Position numbers and translations under genes: made by a program
In this document: positions 52,301-64,000 of the stretch, in pieces
Layout: the number at the start of each line of letters is the position of its first letter
Numbering within the stretch: position 1 is the stretch's first letter
Notes under the pieces: model-generated
Database searches by the model: none
What the model saw: the letters and a program-made list of their open reading frames with translations, nothing else
What the model was told of the DNA's origin: nothing
Source: Lama glama
Taxonomy: Eukaryota
Direction: 5' to 3'
NCBI GenBank assembly: GCA_028534125.1
Contig: CM052826.1
Span: 19,530,001-19,594,000 of the forward strand
DNA: 64,000 nt

Positions 52301-55300
52301 GAATTCAAAGCGCTCTCCAAGAAGCCCCCGCAGCCTGAGCTGGAGCTGGGCGGCCTCCCCAGGACGTCCTCAGAGCCCGAGTTCAACCTGCTCTCCCCGA
52401 AGTTTCCACAGCCTGAGTGCCGGGGGCCTCCCCGCAAATTCTCACAGCCTGAGCCCAGTTCTCTGCCCAGGAAGCACCCACAGGCCGAGTTCCTCAAAGA
52501 CCTCCCTAGAAAGCCCCTACTTCCAGGCTCCGTTTCAGAGAGCTCACTGCCCACCGCAGTGGCAGGCTCCGGTGCTAGGTTCCTGCTCGGCCCGGGGTTG
52601 GGAGCCAGGCAACAGAAATTAGGAGCTCTCACCCGCAGTGAAGGGTCGAGGCTGGGCCTCAGACCTGGCCACCCACCCCGGAGGAGGCCTCTGCCCCCGG
52701 TCAGCAGCCTGGGCCCCCCTCCAGCCAAGCCACCACGGCCCCCGAGCCCCAGGGACATCCAGAGCTTTTGGAGAATCTCAGCAGCAGACACAGGTGGGTC
52801 AGGGCGGCCCAGGCAGAAAGGAACGGGTAGAGGCTCACAGGTAGTGTCTGCCTCCCTGATTCCCCACTGCTCTCATCTCTCCCCAGCTCTGCCAAGGGCC
52901 TCCTCTTCTGCTGGGATCCACGTCCAGGCTCGACACCTTGCAGACATCCCACAGTGAGTGTGGCAAGTCAGGGGGCATGGGCACAGGTCACAGGGCTGAC
53001 GGGCCCTCATTTCAGGTATCCCCACAGGGATGCAGATGAGGTCTACGAGCTGTATGATGACGTGGAGCCCACGGATGACTCCAGCCCCAGCCCCAGGGGC
53101 AGAGGTTTGTTGGTGATGGAGTGGGGCCCTCAGCCAGACCAGGCTGCCAAGGCACCTGGGGAACATTTGTCACCAGGGCATTTTCTGCCACGCTGCTGGT
53201 GTTAGGCCAAGTGACAGTCCATATCCCCGCTGGATTGAAGCAGTGCCAGGACAGAAAGCAGAAAGGGGGGAGGGCCTTTCAGAAAGATCACACCGGCTCC
53301 TGGTAGGTGGAACAGTGTGAGGAAGGGCAGCCCAGAGGCCAACAGCCTGACCACAACCAGGGCAGGTGTGTGGCCCAGGGTGAGACAGAAGGCATGGTGA
53401 GCAGTGGAAGAATCAGGAAGGGCACTTGGCGGTGTACTAACCAGGGATGAGAGTGAGCAAGCACATGACGTGGTCGAAGCCTGGGTTTCGAGCTGGGCAC
53501 CCGTGTGCAGAATAGGGGCATCCCTGAGTAAGGGAGACGAGTCAGGGTCCACCTGAAACCTGTTGTGTTGGGGGTGCCTGAGGGATGTCCAGGTGGGACT
53601 TGGGCCTGAACTCAAGAGGCACCGGCTGGAGACGGGGTGTGGCAGACACCTCACGTCTGCAGTCCCAGCTCCAGGGATAATACATTCACCAACCTGGTGT
53701 GAAAACAAAGCTGGCTCCCATGCCAGCCCCTTCCCGAACGTGCACCACACTCCACCCCTGAGGCGAGGTCATGCCCATCTTACAGACAGACGTGGGCGCC
53801 TGAGAACCAGGAGACCTGCCCCAGCTCACACAGCCAGTACGCAGTGGCCCAGGCCCTCTGCTCCCAGGCAGCTTCCCTGCCCCATCTTGGGAGGGGTCTC
53901 CTGCAGGGGAACCTTTCATCAGGGGTGCCTTTGGGACGCTACCACTCCTTCCTCACCAGCCCACTCCTCAGAGTCCGCTGCCTCTACAGCTGTTGCTCCC
54001 ACCTGCGCTCTGCTTCTCCCAGCCTTTCCCCAGGGGCTGCTTGCAACACTCCTGTTAGCACAGCACTTCCTGACGGGGCCCCTCCTGCTTCCGCTCCAGT
54101 GAGACACTGTGGCTTGGGTCTGGGGGCCACTCCTGGGGATGTGAACGTGGGGAGCACTTCTGGCCACTGCACTTCCAGCAGCCTTGCAAGCAAGGCCCAC
54201 CCTTTCCCTTCCCCCCCACACTGCCAGGAAGCCAGGCCACAGGAACACCAGGGTCTGCTCCACACTGCCGCACCCAGGGCTGTGCTCCAACGGCTGTGGC
54301 AGGTTTATAGGGTCCCTGGGGTAAAGCCAAGACTGCTCCCAGCTGAGTGACCATCTCCTGCCTGGGCGGCCTCTGGGAGAGGCAGGGGGAGCTTGAGGGA
54401 ATGTTCTGGGTGGGGCTGTGGTTGGCACTGTTATCCAAGCACCAGGCTGATGCTAGAGGCAAGCTTAGTGTCTGAAGGCGCAGGTAAGTGTCACCCTTCA
54501 GTGGGCAGCTTGACAGGAGGTTCTGCTAACCCAAAATGTCCAGAGTAGCACTTCAGGTCCCTCAGGAACGACTGCGAAAAGCTGGGGGTTTCAGCTTCTG
54601 GATCCTTCACTCACCTGGTTTTCATGAGGCTCTTGCTGAAAGCCAAACCCTTGGCGAGCAGGACTCAGACCTGGAAAGCTGGTCATTTGCCAGGAAGTCG
54701 GCCCTCACCTGGGAGCCCCCCCAAGTCCAGAGAACCTCATCACCAGCAAGGCCAGTCCAAGCACTCCATTCCAACAGCCCTTCTCAGAGGCGGACTTTGT
54801 TTGCCTTGGAAATGCTTTTCTTTGCCTTATTTTTTGACTTAAATCTCCTTTCAGTTCCCAGAACCTAACCTCTCTCTGAGGCAGGGGTGAAATGGCCTCA
54901 AAAGCTTAACAAATAAATCCTGCCTCTTAAACAGCTGAGTGACCTTGGGCAGGTTGCCTCACCTCTCTGAACCTTTATTTCCTACTCAGCGAGGTGGGAT
55001 GACCGTCATCAATAAAGCTGTTGTGAGTGTTGAAATGAGTGATAAACAGTTTCCGCCATGCCGAGTACGTGGCAGGAGTTGAGAAATGAAAGGGAATCCA
55101 CTAGAACTCACAACCCACGAGAAAGGCCCAGGGAGGTGGGGAGGGGACCGACGTCCTGAGAACTGACACAGGGAAGATCAAGCCACCAGGTCCAGAGGCC
55201 GAACCAACAGTCCCTGCCCTAACATGCCATTCTGACCGCCCCAGATGAAGTGCCATCTCCCCAGCAACCCCCCAGGAGGCCACCACAAGACCCAGAGCTC

Positions 55301-56248
55301 AGGTACCACAGGGCAAAGGGCATGGGACAGGGTGGGGCTGAGCTCCGGGAGGACAAGAAAAGGGGATCCCCAAGAAGCATGCCTTGCTCATGAGCACCCA
55401 ATTCCTTGGGGGGCTCAGGAAGGAGAAGGCCCTCCAGCCACAGCAGTTGATGCCCACAGACCTGAAGACCCTGAAGCAGATCCGGAAGGCAGAGAAAGCT
55501 GAGAGAGAGTTCCGGAAGAAGTTCAAGGTATGAACACCAAGCAGAGCAAGAGTCCCTGGGAGGGTTGGGCTTGACCAAAGCCCCACAGATTCCATCCTCA
55601 GAGAGAAGCCAGGGGTTCTTGGGGTGGCAGCAGAGGCAAAAACTCTTAACCAATGTCTCCCTCCCCAGTTTGAGGGGGAGATCGTGATTCAGACAAGGAT
55701 GATGATCGACCCCAATGCCAAGACTCGTCGTGCGGGTGGCAAGCATCTGGGGATTCGGCGTGGGGAGATCCTGGAGGTGATTGAGTTCACCAACAAGGAG
55801 GAGATGCTATGCCGGGACACCAAGGGCAAGTGTGAGTGAGCCCGGCCCGGGCAGCCCTGGGGAGATGGGCCACCACCATGGAGGGCGGAGAACTCACCCA
55901 CCCCTGCTCTCTTCACAGATGGCTACGTGCCCAGAACAGCTCTCCTGCCCCTGTGAGTAATGGCCCTGACTGGGATGGAGGATTGAGGTGGAGGGGTCAT
56001 AGACCAGGGTAACCCTCACTGACCCACCTGTTCTCTCTACCAGGGAAACAGAGGTGTACGATGACGTCGGTTTCTGGGGTATGTAGACTGGACGGGTGGA
56101 CTGGACGGATGACAGTGCCTTGGGAGGGGGAGGACCCAGCCCCACTGCCCCAGGGGCTGCTGTCTATCTGTTTATGGGAAAAGGGGTCAGTGTAGTCACT
56201 TCCTCAGCAGATCCTCAGGAGAGCCAAGCATTCCCCCGGGGACAATAA
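49400..56248 (+). CDS. PRAM1: PML-RARA-regulated adaptor molecule 1 (FYB/ADAP family: Pro-rich repeats, YDDV motifs, helically extended SH3), 674 aa
   Basis: Exons 49400-49402 (ATG), 51353-52793, 52887-52953, 53028-53104 (YELYDDV), 55245-55302, 55419-55527, 55669-55831, 55919-55952, 56044-56078 (VYDDV), 56211-56248 (TAA). Total 2025 nt, in frame. ETS motif CACTTCCTG at 49332-49340. Confidence 0.96.
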
Positions 56249-56867
56249 GGCTTGCAGGTGTAGGGATCCAGGACAACCCACCAGCCCGGCCACCTGCTAA
56301 CCCAAAGAACCATGGATTCCAGGTTGATCACCACAGAACTGCCCAGGCTCCTGTCTGACCATGTACACAGACCACATAAAGCCCCTCTTTTAAAGTGATG
56401 CCTGCTTCTTGTCTTTTCTTTCTCTCCGGATGGGCACAGTGGAGCCATGATCAAACACTTAAGGAAAATCTGTGGAGCCAAACCCCTCTTCCAAGGTCTC
56501 ACCCCTCAAGGATAAAGGCTCGGAAGGAGAAAGTAGGGCAGTGGAAGGTGGCAAGGTAGCTGGCACCTTGCTAGACTTTGAGATGGGAATCCTTGTGATG
56601 GTACCCTGTCAGCTGCCGGCCAGGGTGGAGAAGAGACGCTCTGTGACCCTCCACATCCAACATGACAAGCAGCAGCTACAGCTCTTCACAGGCTACCAAT
56701 AGCTGTCAAACCTAAGTGAACTTACGTATCAGGTCACATCTTTGGGGCAAGAGGGAATGTGACCCAGTTCTGACAGAGTTCAGGTATCAAGTTCGGCCTA
56801 ACCTTTGACATGACTAAATATGCTCAGAAATGCACACCCTGCTTGGTCTGTTTTAGCAAAGAAAAGC

Positions 56868-57240
56868 TGATAGACTCAATGTTTGTGTCCCCACTGCAAA
56901 AAAAAAAAAACAAACCCAAAAACAAACAAAACAAAACATTCCTGTGTTGAAAACCTAATGCTCAACGACAGTACGAGATGGGATGTTTTGGGAGGGATCA
57001 GGTCATGGGGGCAGAACCCTGACGAATAGGATTTGTGCCCTTATGAAAAAAGCCTGACAAGTTCCCTGGCCCCTTCTGCCATGTGAGGTTACACTAGAAG
57101 GTGCCATCAGGAAGCAGGATCGGGCCCTCACCAGGGACCAAATCTGCCAGTGCTTTGATCTTGTACTTCCCAGACTCCAGAACTGTTGAGAAATAAATGT
57201 TTCATATCAGCGGGAGCTGGCTGAGACAAAAGCCAAACTA
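56868..57240 (+). mobile_element. MaLR (MLT1/MST-type) LTR between the PRAM1 and HNRNPM 3' ends
   Basis: 'aatgtttgtgtcccc...gttgaaaacctaat...ttgatcttgtacttcccagactccagaactgttgagaaataaatgttt'. Confidence 0.75.
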
Positions 57241-57491
57241 GAAATTAGCCTAAACGCAGCCTCTGTGCCCCCACAGAATAACTGCACCGGAGGGAGACAG
57301 GATGGCTCTAACAGCCAAGAGCTCCATTTAGTTTCCATAGAGAGATTTTCCACAGCGGCCGGGGCCAGTGGCCTCCCACCCCCCAAGGGTCCACAGCTCC
57401 AAGGGTAGAAAGGAGTAGCTCCAGCTCCCCAAACCTCAGGTGGTTGCCCCACAACACACACGCAAAAGCAAGCAGCTTTCAGGAACTGGTA

Positions 57492-57497
57492 TTTATT
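57492..57497 (-). terminator. HNRNPM polyadenylation signal
   Basis: Minus-strand AATAAA (plus-strand tttatt) downstream of the last exon. Confidence 0.8.
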
Positions 57498-57756
57498 ATC
57501 AAAGTCATATTCGATGTCAACAAGATGCCACAACTACAAAAAAAATTGCGCACATTGCAATCCCAATGCAAACNNNNNNNNNNNNNNNNNNNNNNNNNNN
57601 NNNNNNNNNNNNNNNNNNNNNNNNNNNNNNNNNNNNNNNNNNNNNNNNNNNNNNNNNNNNNNNNNNNNNNNNNNNNNNNNNNNNNNNNNNNNNNNNNNNN
57701 NNNNNNNNNNNNNNNNNNNNNNNNNNNNNNNNNNNNNNNNNNNNNNNNNNNNNNNN

Positions 57757-60700
57757 AACATCAATCTCTCGGCCACTCAGCTTCATCCCATTCATCATCC
57801 GGCAGGCTCTCTCAGCCACCTCTGGCGACTCAAACTTAACCACACCGCACCCCTTGGACTTCCCATTCTCCATCTTGATGTCAGCATACAGCACGTGGCC
57901 TGGGCACAGGGAGGGAAGAAGAGACCACAACTCATCAGGCAAACCCAGAGCTCAGCCTCAGTCTGGGCTCCACTCAGTCCAGATCACCTGTTGGATTTCG
58001 GTTGATAGAGTCAAAAGGGAGAGTGGCCCTCGCGTCTGGCGCATGAATGTTCAGAACACAGCGGCCAGAACCCAGCTACTATGGCCCTCAGCTATGCTGC
58101 CATTCTTCTGCCAAAAGGACAACAATCTGAGCCACGAAGAGCAGTCCTGGTAGCTGCAAATGCACGCCTTTACACTCGAGAAAGTTATAAAGAAGCCCTG
58201 GGAAGCCAACTTCATAGGCAAATTTTAGAGAGGCTTCACTTTTAATACACTGTTCCGTTTTTACTAGGCCACTGCCAATACAGTGGACACTTCTGTACTG
58301 TCCAAATATAAGCCGTGTAATAATTAGCAGGCAGATTACACACATTCATTCAAGCTCCGGTTAAGGATCCAGGTATGTGTCAAGCACTGTGGAAACAATC
58401 TGCAAGGGAAGAGCCACAGAAACACAGAGCCAAGAACACACAGTGTAGCTAGTGCTGGCACCCTCAATTCGAGGGTCATCAACTCTGCCTGAGGGAAGGT
58501 CAACATCCCAGAAGGCTTCTCCCAGGAAAGTTCTAAAACAGCTTAAGGGAAGTCCAGCAGGAAGAAGACCCTTGCTGGTAACAGCTCACAACAGAGCACT
58601 TGTGGGCAACAGCACTGGCAAACTCGGGATTCAAGGACAGGAGGGAGAAGAAATGGGATGAGACTAAAGTTGTACAGAGGCTGGTGAGTTTCGGCTCCTT
58701 CTTGTCAGCAGAGGGGCACCTCCGGGCATCGGAGGCAGGGGCAGTGGCATGATCCAATTTGACTTTTCAGAATATCTACTACAATGTGGAAATGAAGGAG
58801 TAGGGAAAGAGGGCAATAAGGCAGGCTATGGCTCAATGGCTGACCCGAGAGAAGAACCAGGAGAAGCAGCAGTGGTGAAATCTGAGACACTTTAAAGCAA
58901 AAGGAAATGAGAAAACACTGAGGACGCCTTGATCCAGCAAGCCACCCAGACCCCTGGCTTAGGGCTGGGGCTCCCCTTGATGGTTAAAAGGACAGAAGTG
59001 GCAGGGGTGAGGGGCAGGGCCTCAGCTGGAGACAATTTCACTTCCTTTTGGCCACAAAGTAAGCCTTCCAGAATGGCTGCCCAGTGTGCTAGGAAACCAC
59101 AGAGACCCAGAGACCCTACCCTCATCCACACTGAAGCTGTGGGTTTGCCCAGAGCCTATGAAATCTCACCTGTGGGCCTGCTGGGTGAGTGCTCTTTGAG
59201 GCACAGACCAGTGGTGCTACTGTGGACAGTGACCCTGACTGAAATACATTTATTTGGCTCTGTCACCCAGAAGCCATGTGATCTTGGGAATGTGACTTTG
59301 CCTGATTCTAAAATGGGGACAACACTAGCTCCTTTCATAAACCAGAAAAGGAGAAAGAAAGAGGGAGGGAGGGAAGGAAGGAAGGGAAGGGAAGGAAGGA
59401 TGAGAGAAAAAATGAGAACACAGCTGACAAGTGTATGACACATAACGGGAAACTCAACGACCTGCTTGAGTATTTGCACAGGCAGAAAAATGGCAAGTCC
59501 CACCAGTCCTCCAGTCATGGAAAGTGTCTATGAAGACAAGGATGGAAGCTTGGCTGCATGACTCAAATGCATCACCAACAAGCTAAGATTTCTGAAGCCA
59601 CAACACAAGGAAGCACCTAGAAAGCCTTTCTCAAACACTTACCACATTCGTTGAATTTGTCTTTTAGCATCTTCCATGTAAAATCAAATGGGAGCTGAGG
59701 GTAAAAAAAAAAAAAAAAAAGGAGAGACTGGTGAGTGGTTCAACCAAATACTAATGCATAAACATTCCAATTGTCTCTGACTGTGGCTTCAAGATTTCTT
59801 ATTACAGAGAAACTGGCTGATCTTCAAACTAAGAAGGTCAGCAAGAGACAAAACAAGTTTGTCTGGATGAGGCTCTAAACTGGCACAGCAAGTTCCCTCC
59901 CTCCCTGGTGGCTCTGTCTATGGGAGAATCGCCCAGACAGCAGAACGCAGTTGCCTGTGGTGAGCAGCCCACAGAACCACTGAATAGTAGGTAAACTAAA
60001 GGTGGTCAATCTGGTGAAGGTAAGTCAGATACAGCCATTCTTCCCCTATTGAAATGTCAAGCCAAAGGGATTAAGAAATCAAGTTACTGATCAAGTCCTT
60101 CAGACCACCGTCTGTTTCATCTAGTAGTCAGAGAAGCCCAGGATTTCGCAAAACACACTTTTTGCTGCTTGACTGTTACTAAGCCCTCACATTCCCTCCT
60201 AATCCTAACACCAAACTTTGGGGCCAGTGGCAAGGTGGCCTTGCATCCTACTCAGCTCTCCTTCTGAGGGCATCACCTCTGACTCTGACCTGCCACCTTT
60301 CAGTCCTGTTGACTTTAGGTCTCCCTCCTTCCTCTGAGTGTTAACAGCACNNNNNNNNNNNNNNNNNNNNNNNNNNNNNNNNNNNNNNNNNNNNNNNNNN
60401 NNNNNNNNNNNNNNNNNNNNNNNNNNNNNNNNNNNNNNNNNNNNNNNNNNNNNNNNNNNNNNNNNNNNNNNNNNNNNNNNNNNNNNNNNNNNNNNNNNNN
60501 NNNNNNNNNNNNNNNNNNNNNNNNNNNNNNNNNNNNNNNNNNNNNNNNNNNNNNNNNNNNNNNNNNNNNNCGGGACCCATGCGCTCCAGGCTGTTGGCGC
60601 CCATGCGCTCCAGGCCCATGCGCTCCAGGCTGTTGGCGCCCATTCGCTCCAGGCNNNNNNNNNNNNNNNNNNNNNNNNNNNNNNNNNNNNNNNNNNNNNN

Positions 60701-63213
60701 NNNNNNNNNNNNNNNNNNNNNNNNNNNNNNNNNNNNNNNNNNNNNNNNNNNNNNNNNNNNNNNNNNNNNNNNNNNNNNNNNNNNNNNNNNNNNNNNNNNN
60801 NNNNNNNNNNCACCAGAGCCCATGCGCTCGATGGTCTGGCCCACGCGGTCAATGGGTGCGGCCATACGCTCGAGGCCAAAGCCCATGCCGGCACCCATGC
60901 GCTCCACGCCGGAGCCGATGCGCTCCATGGTCTGGCCCATGCGCTCGATGCTGGAGGCCATGTGGTCAAGGCCCAGTGGGCCCATGCGCTCGATGCCAGA
61001 GCCCATGCGCTCGACTGAGCCCATGCGGTCCATGACCAGGCCCATGCGCTCAATCTCGGAGCCCACACGATCCATTCCGTGGCCCAGGCCTGCGCCCATG
61101 CGCTCCATGCCGGCACCCCCAATGCGGTCAATGCCAGGGCCCATCCTCTCGATTCCAGGGACACTGCCCCCTCCTCCACCTAAAACAGACACAAAACAGG
61201 CCGATGTCAGGGACTTGAGGATCTGTGTGCACACCATGCCAGGAGGGTGACCTGGGTGCAGCGGCCTGAGCACTTCACACGCTCAACCACAGTTGATTAC
61301 CACAATAATTTATCATTAGACATGCCTCAAATGTTGACAACTGTTAAAGAATGAGTACATCATTCTTCCTACTTCTGTGCCACAGTTAAAATTTCCAAAA
61401 CAAAACATAAAAAGGAAAAAAACCCACCCTGGAGGAAGTTTGTCAATAACATTCTCCATGTTACTTTGGAAGTGCTCATACTTATGACAAGCTTTGTGAG
61501 CCAGGGGCATCAATTCCTGAAAACTCTGCTTCCCGACCACCAGACATCGATAAAGGCTCAGAAACCCCACACTGAAGCGGTCACCTGATGTAATGGATTA
61601 TATGGTGACAATTAAGATTGCTCACAACCTCTAGCCTCTCTCAATCTGTCTCTCTACGATGCCTTACTGGTAACCTTCTGGCTGCATTTCCTTAGCACCT
61701 CCACAGCATAGAGAAGTTAGTACATAGCCATGGAATCAGGAAGAGATACAGAAACAAACACCAACACCAATATCTTGGGTATAAATGAGCAGACAGCCAC
61801 TTTCAAGGAAGCTTACTCCGTCAGGGAAACTGCCCACCGCCTTTGCTATGTATTACTTTGCTGGCTTTGGAGGAAAAAAAGTCAATGGCACTGCAGAGTG
61901 GATTCTGAAAGAGGCCTGAGATCAGTTTCTTACTGCCATGGTTCAGCGGGACACATGTTGGCAGGTCAGCAGTGCACAGTGATCCTGTGATGCTTGCAAT
62001 TTTGAAGGAGGGTCTGGCTCCAGCCCCAAGGCCACCACCCACCAGGTTTTTCCACATGCAGAGCAGCTCAAGGGTCCCTCTCACGGTTCAATTCACCACC
62101 ACCTGCCTCTGAAAAAATGGGCAGTTGAGCCCTCAGCCAGCCCATTATTGAATCAAGCAGCCCAGGCCAAGATGCAAATTTAAGAAGAGGAAATCCAGCA
62201 GTTTCTTTAACTGATTTAACTAACTAGGTAAGATCTTAGACAAGTCACGCCACTTCTCTGTGCCTGCTTTTTAGCTGAGTAACAGCACACCAAATGGCGA
62301 AGTATGAACACAATTTTAAGAATATTAAACTTTCAGAGCAGAAATTTCTCAGAAACTATAAAAAAGGTAAGAGACCTAGAGAGGGTAGGTAGCATACCCA
62401 AGAGCATCAAAAATGAGGGTGATGGATATCCTAGGTGCCAAAAGCAGCAGAGAACTAGAAAGAAAACGGTACCCCTGTGGAGTTCTAGAATCAGCCCACC
62501 ATAAAAACAACTCCAGCCAGTGAAGTTACCAAGGAAATGCCATGATGCTCAGAGACACGAGGGGAAAAAAAAATCGAACTAAAAGAAGTACATTTAAACT
62601 ACCCATTACCAAAAAAAAAAAAAAAAAAGTGTATTAATGGAAGACTATATTCCAAAATATTTACAGCAGTCATCACTGGGCAATGAGATTTCAGGTTATT
62701 TATTTTCTTTGTAATTTTCTGAATTATTGTGAAAACACGTTTATATTCTAGTAAACATTTGTCATGATTAAATGTGTACTTTTATAATCAGGTAAAATAT
62801 TCACTTTTAGGAATTTACAATTTTATAGTATTAGAAAGAAGTCCCAAAATTACATGGACATTATAATTACAATGGCTAATGCGTACATAGTACATACGTA
62901 GGTCCTCTTTTATGTTATTAACTCATTTACTCTGCACAACAACCCTGTGAGGTAGGTACTATTATATCCCCATTTTACAGTGTGAAAAACAGAGGGGTTC
63001 AGTAACTTGCCAAATGCCACACAGCTAGAAGAGGCAGAGCTGGGTCCCCACCCCAGGCAGTCTATTTTAGAGCCCATGCTTTTCACCACTACACTCTACT
63101 ATCCCCAGCAATACAAGCCTATTCTAAAGATCAAAACATCAAAACTAAGCGTTTCCTACCTCCTCCCTGCTTTGCAATGATCTCTCCTCTCTTCAGTGCA
63201 TTACTTAGGATTT
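57757..63213 (-). CDS. HNRNPM: Heterogeneous nuclear ribonucleoprotein M, 3' exons (Met/Arg/Gly repeat region and RRM3)
   Basis: Exons 63160-63213 (EILSNALKRGEIIAKQGG); 61179 down into gap 60351-60570 (ERMG repeats, with a second gap 60655-60810); 59643-59694 (LPFDFTWKMLKDKFNEC); 57899-57757 (GHVLYADIKMENGKSKGCGVVKFESPEVAERACRMMNG). The stop codon lies in gap 57574-57756. Confidence 0.96.
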
Positions 63214-64000
63214 CTAAGGAAATCAGGAAGAAAAAAAAATTAGCCAAATTCCTCTATGGTAACAGAAATTTTTATTACAGATTCCAGAGCAGGAGTACTA
63301 CTAATTAAAAAATAAAAGAGGAAAGGGGAAGGGGTTGAGAAATATACACACAGACAAGTCATTTCACTGGAAAACTGCAAGAGTCCTTGATGATGGGGTC
63401 ATGATGCTACGGTCTCGTGTCGCTCCAGAGTCTGAGGCCCAGTTGGTAGGGCCTCTGGAAATGCACCCATGAGCTGAACTTGGAAAGTCAAAGCAAGAAT
63501 GGGGCCAGTAGCAGTTTCCTAAAGCTGGTACAGACCCCCAGTACTCACATGAAGCATGCACTCACCCATCCAGATCCAATCAACACCTCATGGTTATCCG
63601 TCAGCAACCTACTTCTGTAGCTACACTTAGAGCCCAAATCCTAAAACCCAGCAACTGCATGTAGTGTTGGAAATGTGACCTAATCCACAAGCTGTGCGAG
63701 GGAAGACCACAGCAAGCTGAGCCCACCCACCCACCAGCCCTGCCTGGAAGGAGCAAGTATGATGGTGACCAAGTTCTAAGCCTCAGGAAAACAAAACCCT
63801 AACGCTCTCAGCTATCCAGAACGGTAACACTGCTGCTCGCTTGGCTTTTCATACAAACCTCTTTGAAGTTTGTCTAATGCTATCATTAGCATTAGCTTTT
63901 AAAGGTTTCTTCTGGGTCTTTAATTACGTAGAAGAAACTTGTACCCACACCCTCTCTGGTCCTGAAATGTGCTCAGCAATGTGGACACCAGCCAGAGTAC

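Noticed and set aside
51400-52791. Long antisense and alternative-frame ORFs (51400-51855, 51479-51967, 51483-52166, 52195-52791)
   Set aside because: They are shadows of the GC-rich, repetitive PRAM1 exon 2, with no independent evidence
60571-61140. Regular CCCATGCGCTC repeats resembling a CRISPR or satellite array
   Set aside because: These are the coding ERMG repeats of HNRNPM, in eukaryotic DNA

Overview
Mammalian genomic DNA, probably camelid judging from its tRNA-Ala-derived Vic-1-type SINEs, with 8 assembly gaps. It is syntenic to human 19p13.2. On the + strand: the 3' half of ADAMTS10, complete MYO1F (28 coding exons, 1096 aa), ZNF414 (short and long isoforms) and PRAM1 (674 aa). On the - strand: the 3' end of HNRNPM. 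The standout is a decayed, intron-containing ANP32-family gene on the - strand between ZNF414 and PRAM1 (about 45.4-48.6 kb). It keeps ANP32 exon boundaries, splice sites, acidic-tail exons, a degenerate KRKR NLS and a polyA signal, and carries residues typical of the avian-ANP32B/amphibian-ANP32C lineage. It is best read as a fossil of a fourth ANP32 paralogue. Other notable features: a probable U12-type intron with an atypical donor and a GC-AG intron in MYO1F, a young ERVK-like solo LTR with a 6-bp TSD, a CCAAT/GC-box array inside MYO1F, CTCF motifs bracketing MYO1F, ATG-only first coding exons in three consecutive genes, and a 62-codon duplication in PRAM1. Gene and repeat family names come from recognising the sequences from memory, not from database searches.
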